A stretch of 41,474 bases of DNA. It comes from a virus. The notes under the pieces were generated by a model. The model was not told where the DNA came from, searched no databases, and saw only the letters and a list, made by a program, of their open reading frames with translations. Shown here piece after piece: positions 40,851 to 41,474 of the stretch; position 1 is the stretch's first letter, and the number at the start of each line of letters is the position of its first letter. The DNA lies in IMG/VR virus record IMGVR_UViG_3300005980_000002; one strand, written 5' to 3'. The translations under genes and the position numbers were made by a program.

Positions 40851-41474
40851 GCCCGACAACCAATAAAGAAACCACTCTCACGTCTCAGGAGACCACCGTG
40901 ACCACGATCATTCCCGAACGCCTCGCCCAGCTCGAAACCATCCGCCTTGATGAGGGTTCCCACGAGGACTTCGCGGAGGGGCATTGTGCGATGGAGGTGG
41001 TGTCCTGGCTTGCTGGTCTTGGTTTCACGGACGCCCCTGAGTGCTCGTCCCGGGTGTTGCGGTCGTACACGATCAGCTTGAACGACACGTGGAACGACGC
41101 TGACCGGCAGCGGCTTGTTCCGTTCCTGCCGCGCATGGTTGGGACGGCGGGTGACGGGCAGGACGAGGCCCGCTCGTACATGGCACTGGATTGGCTGATC
41201 CGCACGTACACCCCGGCGTTCCTTGACCTCGCGAACCTGTCGGCCGAGGCGCAGGCGCTCAGGGATTTGCGCCGCATCGTGGACATGGCAAGCGCTGAGG
41301 CTGCGGGTCCGGTGGTGCGTGTGGGCCGGGATAAAGCCACCGCCGCAGGGGCCGCCGCATGGGACGCCGCAGGGGCCGCCGCATGGGCCGCCGCAGGGGC
41401 CGCCGCATGGGACGCCGCAGGGGCCGCCGCACGGGCCGCCGCATGGGACGCCGCACGGGCCGCCGCATGGGACG
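40847..41474 (+). CDS. tandem-repeat protein, N-terminal part (open at the window end, resumes at nt 50 after removing the 49-nt overlap)
   Basis: ATG 40847 in an ATGA overlap with no stop before 41474 (so absent from the ORF track). A globular N-terminal region (...EGHCAMEVVSWLAGLGFTDAPECSSRVL...) is followed by AAGA/AAWD/AARA repeats. Confidence 0.7.
   Translation, partial: MSPTTNKETTLTSQETTVTTIIPERLAQLETIRLDEGSHEDFAEGHCAMEVVSWLAGLGFTDAPECSSRVLRSYTISLNDTWNDADRQRLVPFLPRMVGTAGDGQDEARSYMALDWLIRTYTPAFLDLANLSAEAQALRDLRRIVDMASAEAAGPVVRVGRDKATAAGAAAWDAAGAAAWAAAGAAAWDAAGAAARAAAWDAARAAAWD
41342..41474. repeat. Eleven tandem 12-nt units GCCGCA(G/T/C)GGG(C/A)C, codon-aligned
   Basis: Read directly from the sequence. 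The last four units plus 1 nt are identical to nt 1-49. Confidence 0.9.

Noticed and set aside
41259-41468. 69-aa minus-strand ORF with RRPMRRPL repeats
   Set aside because: Simply the antisense reading of the 12-nt tandem array. The plus-strand frame is continuous with a 165-aa non-repetitive N-terminal domain and is translationally coupled to the upstream gene.

Overview
The window reads as one complete, circularly permuted genome (about 41.4 kb) of a temperate siphovirus from a high-GC Gram-positive, probably actinobacterial, host. The first 49 nt equal the last 49 nt, and a single ORF runs off the right end and resumes in frame at the left end. Gene order on the plus strand: small early/late-early genes (186-4123); an ORF-free structured region with a tRNA-Asn (4124-4694); an HTH-metallophosphoesterase; terS/terL; portal; MuF-like protein; scaffold; major capsid protein; connector and neck genes; major tail protein; tail chaperones with a CCCAAAA -1 frameshift; tape measure; minor tail proteins; lysis cassette (to 27229). 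A minus-strand lysogeny block follows: lipoprotein alpha/beta hydrolase, attP carrying the 3' 50 nt of a tRNA-Val, tyrosine integrase, a small gene and an XRE repressor. It faces a plus-strand cro-like gene and the early operons: Xis-like HTH, RecB-type exonuclease plus SSAP, two HNH genes, SSB, a C5-methylase-like gene, replication organizer, DnaB and RusA. Points that ordinary phage annotation does not explain: (1) a low-GC, minus-strand XRE regulator cassette with its own palindromes, inserted between capsid and connector genes; (2) a minus-strand small membrane protein overlapping the tape-measure 3' end; (3) a near-palindromic 9-mer GGAAGTTCC and a CGGAAC half-site family seen only at regulatory or intergenic loci, plus a conserved promoter-like element; (4) an HTH-fused, motif-degenerate metallophosphoesterase ahead of the terminase genes; (5) a permuted papain-like amidase in the head module; (6) a prophage-end lipoprotein hydrolase; (7) a tetrapeptide-periodic AAWD/AARA/AAGA repeat protein. 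All functional calls rest on motif recognition by eye. No database search was run.
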